A DNA stretch of 64,000 bases. Origin: Chrysomallon squamiferum. Lineage: Eukaryota; Animalia; Mollusca. The stretch is from the NCBI GenBank assembly GCA_012295275.1, contig CM022678.1:6758001-6822000 (forward strand), given 5' to 3'. Shown piece by piece: positions 39,189-60,936 of this stretch; position 1 is the stretch's first letter, and the number at the start of each line of letters is the position of its first letter. The position numbers were made by a program, and so were the translations under genes. A model generated the notes under the pieces. It did not search any database and was not told the DNA's origin. It was given only the letters and a program-made list of their open reading frames with translations.

Positions 39189-40238
39189 CTAATCTTTGAG
39201 CCACTGAACATCAAACGGCCACCAGAAATACCTGGACATGTTCAGCGGGATCGTCTTGGGAACTTTGTCCGAGTCCGAGGCGTAAATCGTGTACGGCCTG
39301 AACCCGTAGCCCGTCAGCAGACGTATCAGCGGCTCTGCGCTAGTCGTAAGTTTTACGTTCGCCCACTCCATCATGACGACGCGGACGTCGAGGGAAGCGA
39401 AGAGCCTCGCGCCCCCGCTCAGCGCGTGGAACTCGTGAGCCTCGACGTCGATTTTCAGGACGGCTTTCTGGAACCTGATCACTGGCAGCAGGTCGTCCAG
39501 GAGAACGGCCTGCGAGGCGAAGCGATCGATGCGTTGGCCGCGACGTCCGAACATCACTCTGCCGTGTCCCTCGACTCCGACGGCGGCAATGTGGTCCGCG
39601 GGACCGGCGAGGGAGACGTTGGCGCGTCTGTCGGAGACGGCAGCGCGCAGGACGGTGATCCGCTGCTGGAAGTTGTTCGCCTCGATCGACTTGCAGAAGC
39701 GGAGCAGGTTCTCGTCGAGCGGCTCCACGGAGACGACGTAGCGGCCGAATTTCGCCGCCGCCAGAGCGTACGAGCCGAGGTGGCCTCCCACGTCGATGAG
39801 CCCCATCTCCGGGTGCGACAGCAGGTGTTGGGCGAGCACCTTGAAGTTTGGACTCTCCCAGGTGCCGTCGTTTTTCAGCTCCGAGGACACGTAGACGTCT
39901 CGGCTCGGGCTGTTTATGTACATCGACACGTTGCCTGCTGGCGAGCGAAAGACGGTGCTGTCGAAGTCGTAGTCGCCCGAGCAGAACCCAGGCACGCGTT
40001 CCCACTTGCCGTCTTTCCAAACCATCACCTTGGTCCCGTCCTGCTGCAGGGACCCGACCGTTTCCACAGACTGCAGGATTTTCCAGAATCGCTTGTGATC
40101 CATCTCAATGCTAGCTTCTGGAGATCGGTCGCGTTCTTCTCTGATTTCCCCTCTGGTGAAGAGATAAACTATAACTATGGCTGCCAGAAAACCCAAGAGA
40201 ATCTTTTTCCACGAAGGTCGATAAACAATCATGATCAT
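39189..40238 (-). CDS. Type II membrane FkbM-family (Methyltransf_21) SAM-dependent methyltransferase, 349 aa, single coding exon
   Basis: N-terminal tail + TM (WKKILLGFLAAIVIVYLF), DVYVSSELKNDGTWE, SAM motif I LIDVGGHLGSY, VSVEP, AAVSD, LLDDLL, VLKIDVEAHE, VMMEW, WPFDVQW. These are the hallmark FkbM motifs. Confidence 0.92.
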   Translation of the reverse strand: MIMIVYRPSWKKILLGFLAAIVIVYLFTRGEIREERDRSPEASIEMDHKRFWKILQSVETVGSLQQDGTKVMVWKDGKWERVPGFCSGDYDFDSTVFRSPAGNVSMYINSPSRDVYVSSELKNDGTWESPNFKVLAQHLLSHPEMGLIDVGGHLGSYALAAAKFGRYVVSVEPLDENLLRFCKSIEANNFQQRITVLRAAVSDRRANVSLAGPADHIAAVGVEGHGRVMFGRRGQRIDRFASQAVLLDDLLPVIRFQKAVLKIDVEAHEFHALSGGARLFASLDVRVVMMEWANVKLTTSAEPLIRLLTGYGFRPYTIYASDSDKVPKTIPLNMSRYFWWPFDVQWLKD

Positions 40239-40459
40239 TTTACAATATTATCCTATCGTCAATGAAACGTTGAACAATTGTCTCTCGGAAACGCGTACGG
40301 TCTCACACTGTCGAATATTCTGGATTCCACTTCTACTTATAAGGAAAAATCTGATTTTTTTAAAATTTATTTATTTTTATTTTTTTCCCGATTTTATCTT
40401 TGCTGAAGAATTGTCTCGAGCATGCGTGTTCTCTGTAAACAGAATGTTCCTTGAAAATC

Positions 40460-41180
40460 GAGTATACGTATTTCACAATTGAAAATTAAATTTTGCGTAT
40501 TCTCCAAATTAATATTTCATGGCAGTCTTCCACAATTAACTGTTAATTTACGTATAGCGCAGTTCCACAGTTTACAGCTGAAATTTACGAGAGCTGCAAC
40601 TAACAGCTCTATTTACGTATTCTACAATTAGCACTCAGATTTACGTATATTACAATTTAGAATTTAATTATCGTATTCCACAATTAATAGCCGAGATTTA
40701 CGTACTCCACAATTAACAGGTTCGGTTTACGTATTTCACAATTTAGTCGAATTTATGAACTCCACATTAAATGTTCAGTTTACGTACTCCACAATTATAA
40801 GTTCACGTTTTTCACATTTAAAAATTCTATTTAGGTACTCCACAGCTTAATCAAATTTAGGTATTTCACGTTGAATTTGTATTCCACAATTAACAGTCGA
40901 ATTTACGTATCCAGAAATGAACAGTAGAATTTACGCATTCAAGAATGAACACGGGAATTTACGTATTCAACAGTTAACAGTTGAATTTACGTATTCAAGA
41001 ATGAACACGGGATTTTTAGGTATTCAGCCGTTAACAGTTGAATTTACGTATTCAAGAATGAACTCGGGATTTTTACGTATTCAACAGTTAAAAGTTTTAC
41101 GTATTCATTTTACGTATTCAACAGTTAAAAGTGTAATTTACGTATTCAAGAATGAACACGGGATTTTTACGTATTCCACC
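40460..41180. repeat. Degenerate ~25-28-bp tandem repeat with core tttacgtattc
   Basis: Alternating tttacgtattcaacagttaac and tttacgtattcaagaatgaacacggg units immediately 5' of the methyltransferase coding exon. Confidence 0.8.
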
Positions 41181-41361
41181 AGAACTGCACAGTTGGTTGC
41201 AATGTTCTCTCTTTCTGCTTCAAGATTTGTCTTCTTTTGTTGCGCTTATCACAGCTACGGAAAGAAGAAAGTGAAAACAGTAAATTAAATGGAGGAATAA
41301 ATGAATGAATGCATGAATAAATAAATAAATAAATAAATAAGCAAACAAAGAAACAAGTCAA

Positions 41362-41424
<63 letters not shown>

Positions 41425-41540
41425 ATAGACTGCAAACTTATTAAAAGAAACCAAAAACTAAACTACTTTCTCAGTTCGCGCGTACTAATGAGATATTTTC
41501 AACTGTTAATTTGATGTTATTCTTTCATTTAAAATAAAAT

Positions 41541-41576
<36 letters not shown>

Positions 41577-41960
41577 GTTTTGTTCAAATGATTAACCATT
41601 ATTACTATTGTTATTGCTAAATGGATGTTTTACAGCTAGTCCGTTGAAATATACAGCTCTTATTTTAAAATATTAATTCAATTTTATTTATATACTTATG
41701 TTTATATGCGTGTGTTGCTGTTTTTGCAAAAGTATGGCTGTATTTGAATGAAACATAAGAAAAACAAATGTATTCTTTAAACTCACCATTTTCTACTAAA
41801 AAGCTTCAGTTAAAACCCATAAAAAAAAAAATGTACACTAAATAAATGCCATAAAAACTGTATACTTTTGTATGTATGTATGTATGTGTGTATATATCGT
41901 GTTTGAACATATATATATATATATATATATATCGTGTTTTTGTACGTATGTGTATGTCTC

Positions 41961-41991
<31 letters not shown>

Positions 41992-42282
41992 CCAGATATG
42001 AAAATATCAGTTCATATCTATGTTAACGATAACGACAACATAATAAAATGCAAACCAAAAAACAACAATAGCTATTAAAAGTGACTGTAAAAACAGGTAA
42101 TATGAGACATTTTTATTATAAAATGTAATGGAAAACACAATTTAATACGTTACGAATTATCACTGTGACATATGTTATTAAATTATTAATTAATTACTTC
42201 TTTTTTACTTTATTATTATTATTATTGTTGTTGTTGTTGTTGTTGTTGTTGTTATTATTATTATTTATTATTATTATTATTA

Positions 42283-42335
<53 letters not shown>

Positions 42336-42692
42336 ATATTATTATTATTATTGTTATTATTGTTATTATTGTTATTATTATTACTTCAGCAACTACTATC
42401 ACTACTACAAATATCCCACTACTACTTTTATTTATTTATTTTTAAACAAACGCACAATCACACATATACAAACACAAACACTCACCGATATACACTGGCA
42501 TATTGTACCTTTTTGTGGCTTTGAGTTATTTGAATTTTTATACACAAAAATACAAGAGATTTCTTCATATGTATATAAACGTATACACACATACACACAT
42601 ACATACGTATAAACACACATACTCTCGTACAAACATGCGTACCTAAGTATTACGTAGGTATACAGATACGTATTACAGCGAGCAAATACATA

Positions 42693-42800
42693 ACTTACCT
42701 TATGCACCAACATATCCAACCGATATTTGTTATCTAAACGAAGTATTCTGTTCGTTCCAGAAATCAGGTGTTCCGTGAAAAGCCTTTCGTAAGATACAAC
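42693..42800 (-). promoter_or_regulatory. Candidate non-coding 5' exon end for the 39189-40238 methyltransferase
   Basis: Consensus AG|GTAAGT donor on the minus strand at 42693-42698, with a plausible acceptor (ttttccttataag) at about 40336. The upstream boundary is not determined. Confidence 0.25.
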
Positions 42801-43075
42801 ACGTAAATTGTCGTACTCATTTACAATGTATGTGTGTATATATAGAGTAGAGACGTTAGGTTAGTCAAACAAAACATGAAAATCGTTAAAAGCTGTGACT
42901 GAAGCAGTAACAGATCTAAGGTGGTGCTACCAAAAGGTATCTGAAACCGTTAGAGAATTAGAAAAAAAAAGAAGAGAAAAAACCCTGGACCTAGCAAAAA
43001 AACAACAACATTTAAACCGTTTAAAGTCAAGCGCAACTTTCCACCTCACCTGATTACCGGGTTAAGGAAGATCGA

Positions 43076-43108
<33 letters not shown>

Positions 43109-46100
43109 CGCAGGACAATTAACAGATATCATTCAACATTCTGTAGCTAAAAAAAAAAAAAAAAAAAAAAATAATAATAATACAAAAAAAAAAAAAAAAA
43201 AAAAATATCTAATCCTAGCTAATCTACACTGTGTTTTCAAGTACTCAGTGTACGTGATCGTATGCATGTGAAGTAAAAAAATAATAATAAAAAAAAAAAT
43301 ATATATATAAAATGTTTTAAAAATTTTTTAAAAAAAAAAAAATAAAATAAATAGTGAGTGTGTTGGCCAAACACACACAAAACTATGTTCGAATCAGAAC
43401 TGCTTGTCACAAATTCGATATCAGACATGAAGTTGACATTTCTACGGCGAAACACTTTGATCTACCTCGTCATACACTGGAAGACCAGTAGATTTGCCCT
43501 TTTAGATCCTCTCGTTCTAGATTCAAAATCCAAAAACAGACCTTTTTAACGAGTTTTGGATCCACACATTACAAATACAAAAACGGTTTGGAATAAATGT
43601 TGAATTGGGCAAAATGTTGAACTGATGACGTCAATATTTTTTTTTTTTTTTTTTTTAGTGTCATTCATTACTTTTGACATAAACCCCCCCTGTAACATAA
43701 TATTGTAGCCTTTATGAAAAGAGAGAGAGATAAAATAAGGTTAGGTAAGACGGAAGAGAAAATTATTAATTGCGAAGAAAGACTGTCGCAGTGAAAGATT
43801 TAGTGTTTGCTGCAGAAAAGTAAACATCTGTTTGTGCGTAATCATTGACAGAGGTTTCTATACTAAAGCGATATGCCCAGGTAAAGTTTTCGCGTGTTAT
43901 ATTTAGATATTAATTGCGACTCGAAGACAGAAAAGAAGACACACACACACACACACATCCATCCATTCATCCATCCATCCATACATACATACACACACAT
44001 ACATGTATACATACATACGTACATAAATAAATAAATAAATAAATAAAATAACTTCTTAACAATCGATACCAGAAAATTACGTAATAAAAAAAAAAAAAAG
44101 AAATTAAAAATGTTTGTTTTGTTTCCTTTTATAAATCCAGCCAGTCTGTAAAACCTCTCCCAGAAAAATTATCTCAACAGGATACAATTGTTTTATTTCA
44201 CGAACGAAAACATACGACAGATACAACTCAATCGAAATCCTGTAAAAATATTATCGGTGTAATGACACCCCATTGCTATGCATAGATAACTGGGAGACGT
44301 GGACACAGTCTGGCATTTTTAAACCTCTAACACGAATACAGAACAGAACGACAGAGAGAAACACTCAACGTAGTTTAAACGAAACTCTCATTATTTAGGA
44401 GCACTTGCAAAATGCTTCAAATATCACGATTTGTTATTCTCTTTTAATAATTTATGCTTCAGGACTGGTGCTCAAACTAACCCAGCCTACCCCGTGCTAT
44501 GGCAGGTTATATCACACTTGAGAGAAAACTGGGGCAAAAAATCATACACAAGATAAAGACACACACAAAGACAGGTGATTTATTTCATTTTATTTTTTTC
44601 TGCAGCTGACGTAATAAGAAGAAAGAAGAAGAAGAAGAAGAAGAAGAAGAAAAAGAAGAAGGAGAAGAAGTGCTAGATATAGAAATCTGCACAAATGTTC
44701 AGTTATTCTTAATACATTTTTAATGAACAGACAAGAGAACGAACGAATGAATGAATGAATAAATAAATAGTAATAGTAATAGTAGCAGTAGCAAAGTAGT
44801 AACAATAACAACATCAATGTCAACAACAACAACAACAGCAGCAGCAGCAGCAACAACAACAACAACACACAACAACCAACAACAAAGATAATAATAAGAT
44901 AAAACACAGAAAATAGAAATATCTTAATAAAACGTCATCATAAAAAAAATATTGGCTTCCTTTTATTTGTTTTCTTGGCAAACAAAAACACGTGTTTACC
45001 TTTTACAGGAAGACGTGATTTTAACAATCGAAAGACATCGATCTATTGAAAAAAAAAAAAAAAAAACACCTAATATACACAAAACTCTTGTTCGCTACAG
45101 ACAAAAAGATGGAGTTACCAACATGTGGTCTAGTAAATGTCATGTTTTGGCACAACACAATAAAAAAAATAAAAAAATAATAATAATAATAAAAAAACAA
45201 ATTAAATACAGCTGTGAATAACCAATTTACAGCTCTGTTTTTGCTATGACTACACTAGATAAAAAAATAAAAAAAATGAAGCGAACAGGCTGCCCCCCCT
45301 CCGTCGCTGATGACGTCACGACTAAGGAAAAATCGATGCTTCGAACAGATATATATATATTTTTTTTTAACCCGTTAAATTGTACTATTTTCTTGTTATA
45401 CTTTGATATCGGCTGACATTAGATGGCAGAAAAATGAAAATAAATTTCATGAATAATATTTAAACTGTTTCTTCGTATTGGCAACGCTACACTATACATA
45501 TGAGTGACATCACTGTTTAGAACACTTAGTCGCTGATGAATCTTAAAAGCATCTCATATACTATTTATTCACTAAAATATACTAAATTACCGTATTTGTT
45601 CGCACAATTATAACATATTCTTGTGAATAAGAAATATTCGTAAATTACAATATACAGGTAAATAACGTATAGTCGTAAATAACGTACTGATAAATATAAA
45701 CTATACTAGTAGATAATATGTGCTGGTAAATAACATATACTGGTAAATAACATATACTCGTAAATAAGCTATACACTTAATTATGGGCAATTAAATCGTG
45801 GACAAAAATATCCCTCGTGTATAATATGCAACTGATCCAAACACAATCACATTAGAAATACTCAAATAGAACACACATACCTTCTCGATCCTAGCCACCT
45901 TACAGAAGAACACACACAAAATGCTCATTAAATTTTAATATTACAACAACAACAACAACAACAACAACACTAATATTCTGTTTAGCGTAAAGATCGTTCG
46001 TTGAAAAGCTTCGATGACAAAGTTCAAATGTGACCTGGTTTGGTATTAGTTCTGGCTTGTTTGCAATCTTTATTTTACTCTTTCTACTCTCATATGTGTT

Positions 46101-48434
46101 TTATCTGGGACAGAAGCAAAGATTTACAATTAGGGCACTCGATGATAATGAAAAAAAAATAATAATAATAATAAAATAAAATAAATAAATACGCAGTATG
46201 GCACGTACTCATTTACTTTTTCTGTTTTTGTATTTAAAATGAAAATACAAGGATCATACAGTTTAAAAAACAAACAAACACAGACAAAAAACAAAAACAA
46301 TAACTCCCCCACAACACACACACACACACGCACACACACACACACACACACTACACACACACAAAGAAAAACAACAAAGAAGAAAACAAAAACCACAGAA
46401 AAAACAACATATAATAGTTATTTTGTGCTTATATTCAAAACCCAAGAACGATGAAGTTTTAAACCAGTACATAATTGTTACGTTAGAGACAGCTAAATGA
46501 AACATACATACCTTCTCGATCGTATCGAACTTGTAGAACACAAAAATATTCAATACTACAATAAATAAATAAATAATAATAATAATAATAAAAAAAAAAA
46601 AAAAAAAAAAAAAAATAGCTCTTTTTATATCGGAGTCGTCACTCGAATAGACATTAAAAATGTCAGAATAAAACAACATTCACATCTGCTTTCATTCTGT
46701 TCAGATTACGTTAAATTTTACGAATTACAGACGTGATAAGGCATGGATTACGTTTAAATATTACAGTTTTATTGTGACAAGTGACAGTTGTCTACGGTGA
46801 CAAGTCTCTATTATTGGTTTGAAACAGAAACGGCAAAAATATCGCCGAATGTTTGAGACCATTTTTTATTACGTGTTTGTACATATGTATGTATATATGT
46901 ATGTTTGTGGTCTGTGTATCTATGTACGTAGGAATACGTGTGTATGTATTGATCTGTGTATGTGTGTGTATATATATATTGGTATTTTTAATAAAATAAG
47001 TCTGAGAAAACTAAAGAGAGCCTTGTGTCTCACATGTATTAAAAAATATACTTTTCCCACAATGACTCAAGCGAATGATTTCCTCACAGCAAAATAAAAA
47101 CAGTGAAGAAGTGTTTCTCACGTGAGTCATGAAATTTTATGACAAATCTTTATATATATATATATAAAAAAAGAAAAAAGAAATAAAAAATAAACTAATT
47201 TTAATTATTTCTGCAACGAAAGAGTATTGTTAAAAAAAAAAAAAAAAAAAAGAATATAAAATTATTTCATATTAAATTTTATGTTGACAACTGGAACATT
47301 AACAGAATTATGGCAGTTTTATCATGTGATAGTTTCTGTAATTGTGTCCCTTTTATTCAAGTTTTTGTGCTGTGGTTCGAAGTTCAGTAAGTTCTCATAT
47401 TTCCCTTAAAAAACAAAATAACACTACGAAATTTTAAAAATATCAAATTCACTGCATAAAAAATTAAAACTGTACCTTAAATAAAGTTGCAGGTAATTAA
47501 TTTTTTACATATTCAACCTAGTGAAATAGAATAAAAATAAACATCCAATCAAATGGCAGCATTTGATCACATGATGCTGCAGGCGGCCATAATGAGCTGA
47601 TTTTTGTCTTCTGCTAGATCAGTCAGTGTTATTAGCCAGTGAGAGATTTTAATAAAATTAAATACTAATGGAAAGTAAATACTAATTACAGCACGGTAAT
47701 AAGTTTGTTGCGAATACACGTTTTTATTTTTTTCATTTTTAAAAACAAAAATTATTACAACTAGCTCAGTACTGTAGGACCACAAAATAAAATGTATTTC
47801 AGAGTTTATTTATCAAAGAAAAAAAAAAAAAAAAAGTGAAGTCTGCCTAATAATTAGCTCCATTTTCAACGACGTGTCGGTCATTATTAGACCAGAATTC
47901 ACTTGTCGGTAAACAAAGTATCAAATGTTTCGTGTGTCACTTTTTCAAAGATTAACCGAAGGATTACCTATCAGCTTTGTTACTTAGTAATCAGCATTCA
48001 TACTTAACAAACAGAAACAGTGGTTTCTGCTTCTTTTGACGACCTTGACTTACGAGCTACGAGCTAGTTGGCACAACGAACAACACATCATCCGCCCAGC
48101 ATCCGCGTCTCACTCGTTTACATCACGTGATTACCTCGCCGCGGAATCATTTCTTTTGTGTTGTGTTCGCGTTTTGTTCAGTACTTCATAGAAAAATCAT
48201 AGAAAAACATGAGCGAGGTGTGCATGTAGTCGACTTGACTAGGCAGTACGAGCATAGTACCATACTGAAGCAGAAGGAGTCGATAAAGGCTGTAACTCCA
48301 GCCAAAGGCGTTAAAATAATTTCTAAACTGCAGACCTCTGCCCATGAAAAGATGGAGAAACCCTAACCATGTACACTTTACAAAACCAATTTATTTCTTT
48401 ACATTCTCTTTTATTTTGTACAATATTTGTCATT

Positions 48435-48465
<31 letters not shown>

Positions 48466-48499
48466 TTTTATTATTTAAAAACACGTTACAAAAAAAAAG

Positions 48500-48638
48500 G
48501 GGATGGTTTGGGGGTCTGGAACGGATTAATGGTATTTCAGTTAATTTCAGCTGGGAAAATTGATTTGATTTACGAGCAAATTGAGTTACGAGCTCGGTCA
48601 TGGAACGAATTAAACTCGTAAATCAAGGAACCATTGTA
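48500..48638 (-). mobile_element. One-ended pogo/Tigger-like DNA transposon remnant
   Basis: Minus strand reads TA-CAATGGTTCCTTGATTTACGAGTTTAATTCGTTCC...CTCGTAA...CCATTAATCCGTTCCAGACCCCC, the terminal style of Tigger-like elements. No partner TIR was seen. Confidence 0.45.
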
Positions 48639-49911
48639 TTCGTTTGGATTTCGTAGAGGAAAAAAAGTTAGAAAGAAAAAAAGAAAAAAAAGAAAAAGAA
48701 GAAAAAAGGTAATACACGAAACCGAAAAGAAAATGATGTTTACAGACAAAGGCCAGTGAATATGAAGATGACTATTCTCATTAAGTACCAAAATGTGGAC
48801 ACGTTACTCTGGTAAAACTCCATAGCGGACAGTTCTGAGTACGAAGTTGTAAAACGATACTTGAAACCATTATATGCATTAGAGGTCGTATTTACATGTA
48901 AAAAGCAAATTGATCACGTGTTATTTGAATGAGTGCTTTGATACATTCATTATAATATTTCATACCAGTTTTTACACAAAACATTTTAAAAGGTCCGTCA
49001 ACAGGCTGTGTAAAAAACAATCAGTTAAAAATAAAATTTTATTCTTTTTCGTTAAAACAAAAAGCATTCATCTTCTGAAATATGTGCTATTAAGTATGCA
49101 AACAATGAATTTCCTATTTTTATTATTAAAAAAAAAAAAAAAAAAAAAAAAATCATTGGTCCAAACCATCTAAATAATCTTTTCCCGCGTTTTCTGTAGT
49201 GAATCTGACTGTTGGGACACAAAGTAATTAAAACTTTCTAATTACTAATCGTGAATTTTTAAAAGTTAAACAACAAATGAAATAAATAAACTATTATTCA
49301 TACCTTAATCTGTTGAGTAATCCTTTTAATAAGCCAACTTGTTTGTTTAATAGTTCACACCACGTGACTGAAGATGGCGAACTGATGACGTCATTAGTTT
49401 TTGTTGGTAGTGTCATTACTTTTGACATAAACCCCTCCAGTAACATAATATAGTAGCCTTTATTTATTTATTTATTTATTTATTACAGATATGTTTTAAT
49501 TATTAGACAACATAATTAAAAAGATTATTCAGGGCAGTTTGTTTACGCAAACCATATGCAAACCACAACGTAATTTGATTACGTATTCTCTTAATTTTTG
49601 ATCTGCCATTTTGTGAGAGTTTTTTGACAAGGACTAATGTATTTATTACATAGGATTTGACTATCTTTACTAAATATTTAATATAACCAGTTTCAGTTCA
49701 GGGCTATCCGAACACGATCTTGACAACGTCGTCATAGAAACGGTATGTTTATTTGAAGTTGGTTTCGAAAACTGAGAACGATGTGATGATAATATTTCAC
49801 TGTCTTGTTCAGATTTTTAACAGACTTAATATACTATAATGGATTACAAAATCACAAATAACAGGTACACTTTATTCTTCTTGTTGTTGTTATTTATTAT
49901 TATTGTTGTTG

Positions 49912-49949
<38 letters not shown>

Positions 49950-50164
49950 GGTTGTTATTATTTTTATTGTTGTTATCATTGTTATTAGTATTGCAGTTAT
50001 TGTTTTTGTTACTGTTATTTTTGTTGTTGGTTTTGTTATTATTGTTATTGTTGTTGTTCTTATTATTATCGTTGCTATGTTGTGAGGCTCTGGGGATTAA
50101 GGCGGGGTACCAAAACTCAGACATGCACCCACGCAGGCAAACATACAGTCTAGTTTCAGAACTT

Positions 50165-50266
<102 letters not shown>

Positions 50267-50891
50267 GTTTCGGTATATATAACAACATGCCAAATAAATA
50301 AATTAATATATATATATATATACATACATACATACATACATACATACAGAGAGATAGAGAGATAGATAGATAGATAGACAGACAGATATGTTTGTGTGTG
50401 TATATATATATATATATACATACATACAGACAGAGAGAGAGATAGATAGAGAGATAGATAGATAGATAGATAGATAGACAGATATGTTTGTGTGTCTGTA
50501 TGTATATGTGTGTATATGTGTGAAGGTATATGTGTGTATGTGTGTATGCAACAACTATTGTCTTAACATGTTCGCGTTATTTAGCGAAGGTTTCAATGGC
50601 GCGTCAGCAATGAGGCTCCGAGGAGCTGCATACGTCATGCGATCCGAGCATAACAAATCTAATTCTATCCTAAAAAATACAAAAACTAAATGTTAACTGT
50701 TTTATTTGTCATCTCACTCCTCTTGACAATAGTAATCTCACGCGTAGTGATTTTGTTTTCGTCTAAAAAAAAAAGTACATAAAAATAAAAAATAGTTCTT
50801 AAATAACCACAGTTTATTCCATTGTTTTTAAATCAAAATGGACTTTGGAATATATAATTCAGAAATTAAAATTAATGAAATAACTTTGAAC

Positions 50892-50976
<85 letters not shown>

Positions 50977-51749
50977 ATATAATATCCTAAGAGTGAAAGA
51001 GAGTAATAATTAAGACATGATACGAAGGAAAGATCTGAAATTATTTTCACTCTCTTCATTTACACTAATTATCACCACTTTATTTTACAAAAAAAAAAAA
51101 AAAAAACAACAAAAAATAAAAAACAAAAACAACAAAACAAAAAAAAAAACAAACAAACAAAACAAACAACAAGTAAACAGAGTAACCATTACTGAAATTA
51201 AAAGATTCCAAAATTTACAATTAACAAATATTAATGAAATACTGTACAACAATATGTTCACAGAGCGAGTTCCTGTTTATAACACAGAGCAGACGTAAAA
51301 CCCGGAGGTTCTGGGATCGATGCTAGCTGAATGTTTTAATTGCAAGTTTATCATCCATTACCAGAAGTATTTGGAGCGCGGATATTTTTCGGATTTCTTT
51401 TTTTATTTTTTTTTTTTTTATCTTTTCGGATTTTTAAAATAATTAGATATCACCAAAGCGAAAATAAGAAATGAGTTTGTATTTCACATAGTGTTTTGTA
51501 TAATCAATGTGGAGACGTTTTTGCACTAAACTGTCCGAAACCTACAAAATATGACTATCTGGATTGGGAAAAAAAAAAAAATAATAATAATAAAAAATAA
51601 TAATAATAATAATAAAATAAATAGATAAATATATAAATAAAGTTAAGAAAATAAGTAAAATAAAATGAAATAAAATATAATTAAATAATAGATAAACAAA
51701 ATAAAGTAATAATAATAATAATAAACAAAATAATAATAATCATCATATC

Positions 51750-51817
<68 letters not shown>

Positions 51818-52113
51818 TTCGAATGAAGTAAATAGGGAAAACAAGTTCAGAAGATATTAAAACTAAAACTAAAAAGAAAAGTTTAAAGATTTCACGGCCG
51901 CTTTGATTAAGCGAAGGTAAGTTTTGTGTGCGTGTGTGCGTGCTGAAATTAAGTAGATCTCAAATGAAAATATTTAAATTTATAATAATATTTACATAAT
52001 TAGTGTATTGCCAAAAAAAAAAAAAAAAAAAAAAAAAATGTGTAGTTTGCACAAAGGATATTTCAAAAAAAAAAATAATAATAATAAATAAAACAAAAAA
52101 AATAAATAAAAAA

Positions 52114-52158
<45 letters not shown>

Positions 52159-52420
52159 CAAAGTTTTTTTGTTTTTCAAATCACCTAATTTTTCTTCTTC
52201 ATTCACTATGGCTGAAGGCATAATTGCTGTTTTGTTTTTTTGTTTTAATAAAGTAAACATTGCGAATTACCTCCCTTGGTGTAAAATTGCAAAAATTATG
52301 ACTATGTATTGACACACTCAGAATAATTTCGAGCGTTCACGTGACACTTGAAAAAAAAAAAAAAAATTAAAAAAAAAATTAAAAACCCCACATAGCTCTG
52401 TTTCCACTGAGACAGGACGT

Positions 52421-59399
<6,979 letters not shown>

Positions 59400-59728
59400 C
59401 GTGGATGTTGGCGTCAGCGGCTGACTGTCTTAGCCTTGATGTACCATAGAGACGTAAGTTTTACCTGTCAGTAGTAATAGTAATAGTAATAGTAATAGTA
59501 ATAATAGTAATAGTAATAGTAATAGTAATAGTAATAGTAATAATAGTAATAGTAGTAATAATAGTAATAATAATAGTAGTAGTAATAATAATAATAATAG
59601 TAATAGTGTTAATAATAATAGTAGTAATAGTAATAATAATAATAATAATAATAGTAGTAATACTACTACTACTACTACTAATAATAATACTAATAGTAGT
59701 AATAATAATAGTAAAAATAATAATAGTA

Positions 59729-59761
<33 letters not shown>

Positions 59762-59812
59762 TTGAATAATAATTGTAATAATAATAATAATAATAATAAC
59801 ATTAACATAATA

Positions 59813-59851
<39 letters not shown>

Positions 59852-60127
59852 GTAGTAATAATAATAATAATAACATTAACATAATAACTGTAATAATAAA
59901 TATAATAATCATAGTAATCAATCATAATAATAATAATTGTAATAATAATAATAATAACAACAACAACAACAACAATAATAATAATAATAAAAATACTACT
60001 ACTACTAATAGTATGGTAGTAGAAGTAGTAGAAACAACATTAATATGACAATAACAACAACAAGACTATTACTGCTAATGCTACTACTACTACTACTACT
60101 ACTACTACTAATAATAATAATAATAAC

Positions 60128-60196
<69 letters not shown>

Positions 60197-60886
60197 CAAC
60201 CGCAGCACTACTACAGTTTATATTAATAATTAAAACAAAACTTTCAGCATCAGCTGCGGCAATAAGACAACAACAACAACAACAACAACAACAAAATAAT
60301 AATAATATTATTTTATGAGTATTTTTTTTCTTTTTCTAATCTAAACTGAAAATTCATTATAACAATCCCATTTTCACATGCAGGTAATTTACGTAAATAA
60401 ATACATTCATAACCAATATCAATGACTTCGCTCGTAACATTACTTAAATAAACACACTGACACCTCTGACCTTTCGTTCGTTCACGGCAGAAATTCCAAA
60501 TGACAACTCAAACCAAGAGCTTAAATATCTGTAACTACTTAATAAGCTTGCTTAAACAGATAGAGGCACCCGCCTCGTTTTCGTTATAATCTCCGTGGTT
60601 TCTTACAAACGCCATTTTCAAAACGTTATTAAGCGAAGCTGTGTTGTTTAAAGGATAGGCAATTGAATTTTGCTTCGTATAAACTGGTTGCGCCCAGGAA
60701 AGAATTAGGAAAGGAAAATAAAACGAGACGAGACATTTGATAAGTGCGATCTCTTGGCGGGTAGCTCGCTGAATAAGTTATTCATCCGTAGAAGTCACGT
60801 TACAACAAAGGACTGACATACATACTTTTTATATCGGTAATACAGACACCTGTGTTATTAGTAATAGCTGTATGAATAAACGTATG

Positions 60887-60936
<50 letters not shown>

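Noticed and set aside
39340-40265. ORFs 39340..40020 (-) and 39426..40265 (+)
   Set aside because: Shadow frames of the GC-rich methyltransferase CDS.
51295-51335. tRNA or tRNA-derived SINE (cccggaggttctgggatcgatgc)
   Set aside because: Only a weak B-box-like fragment; no cloverleaf or A-box could be built.
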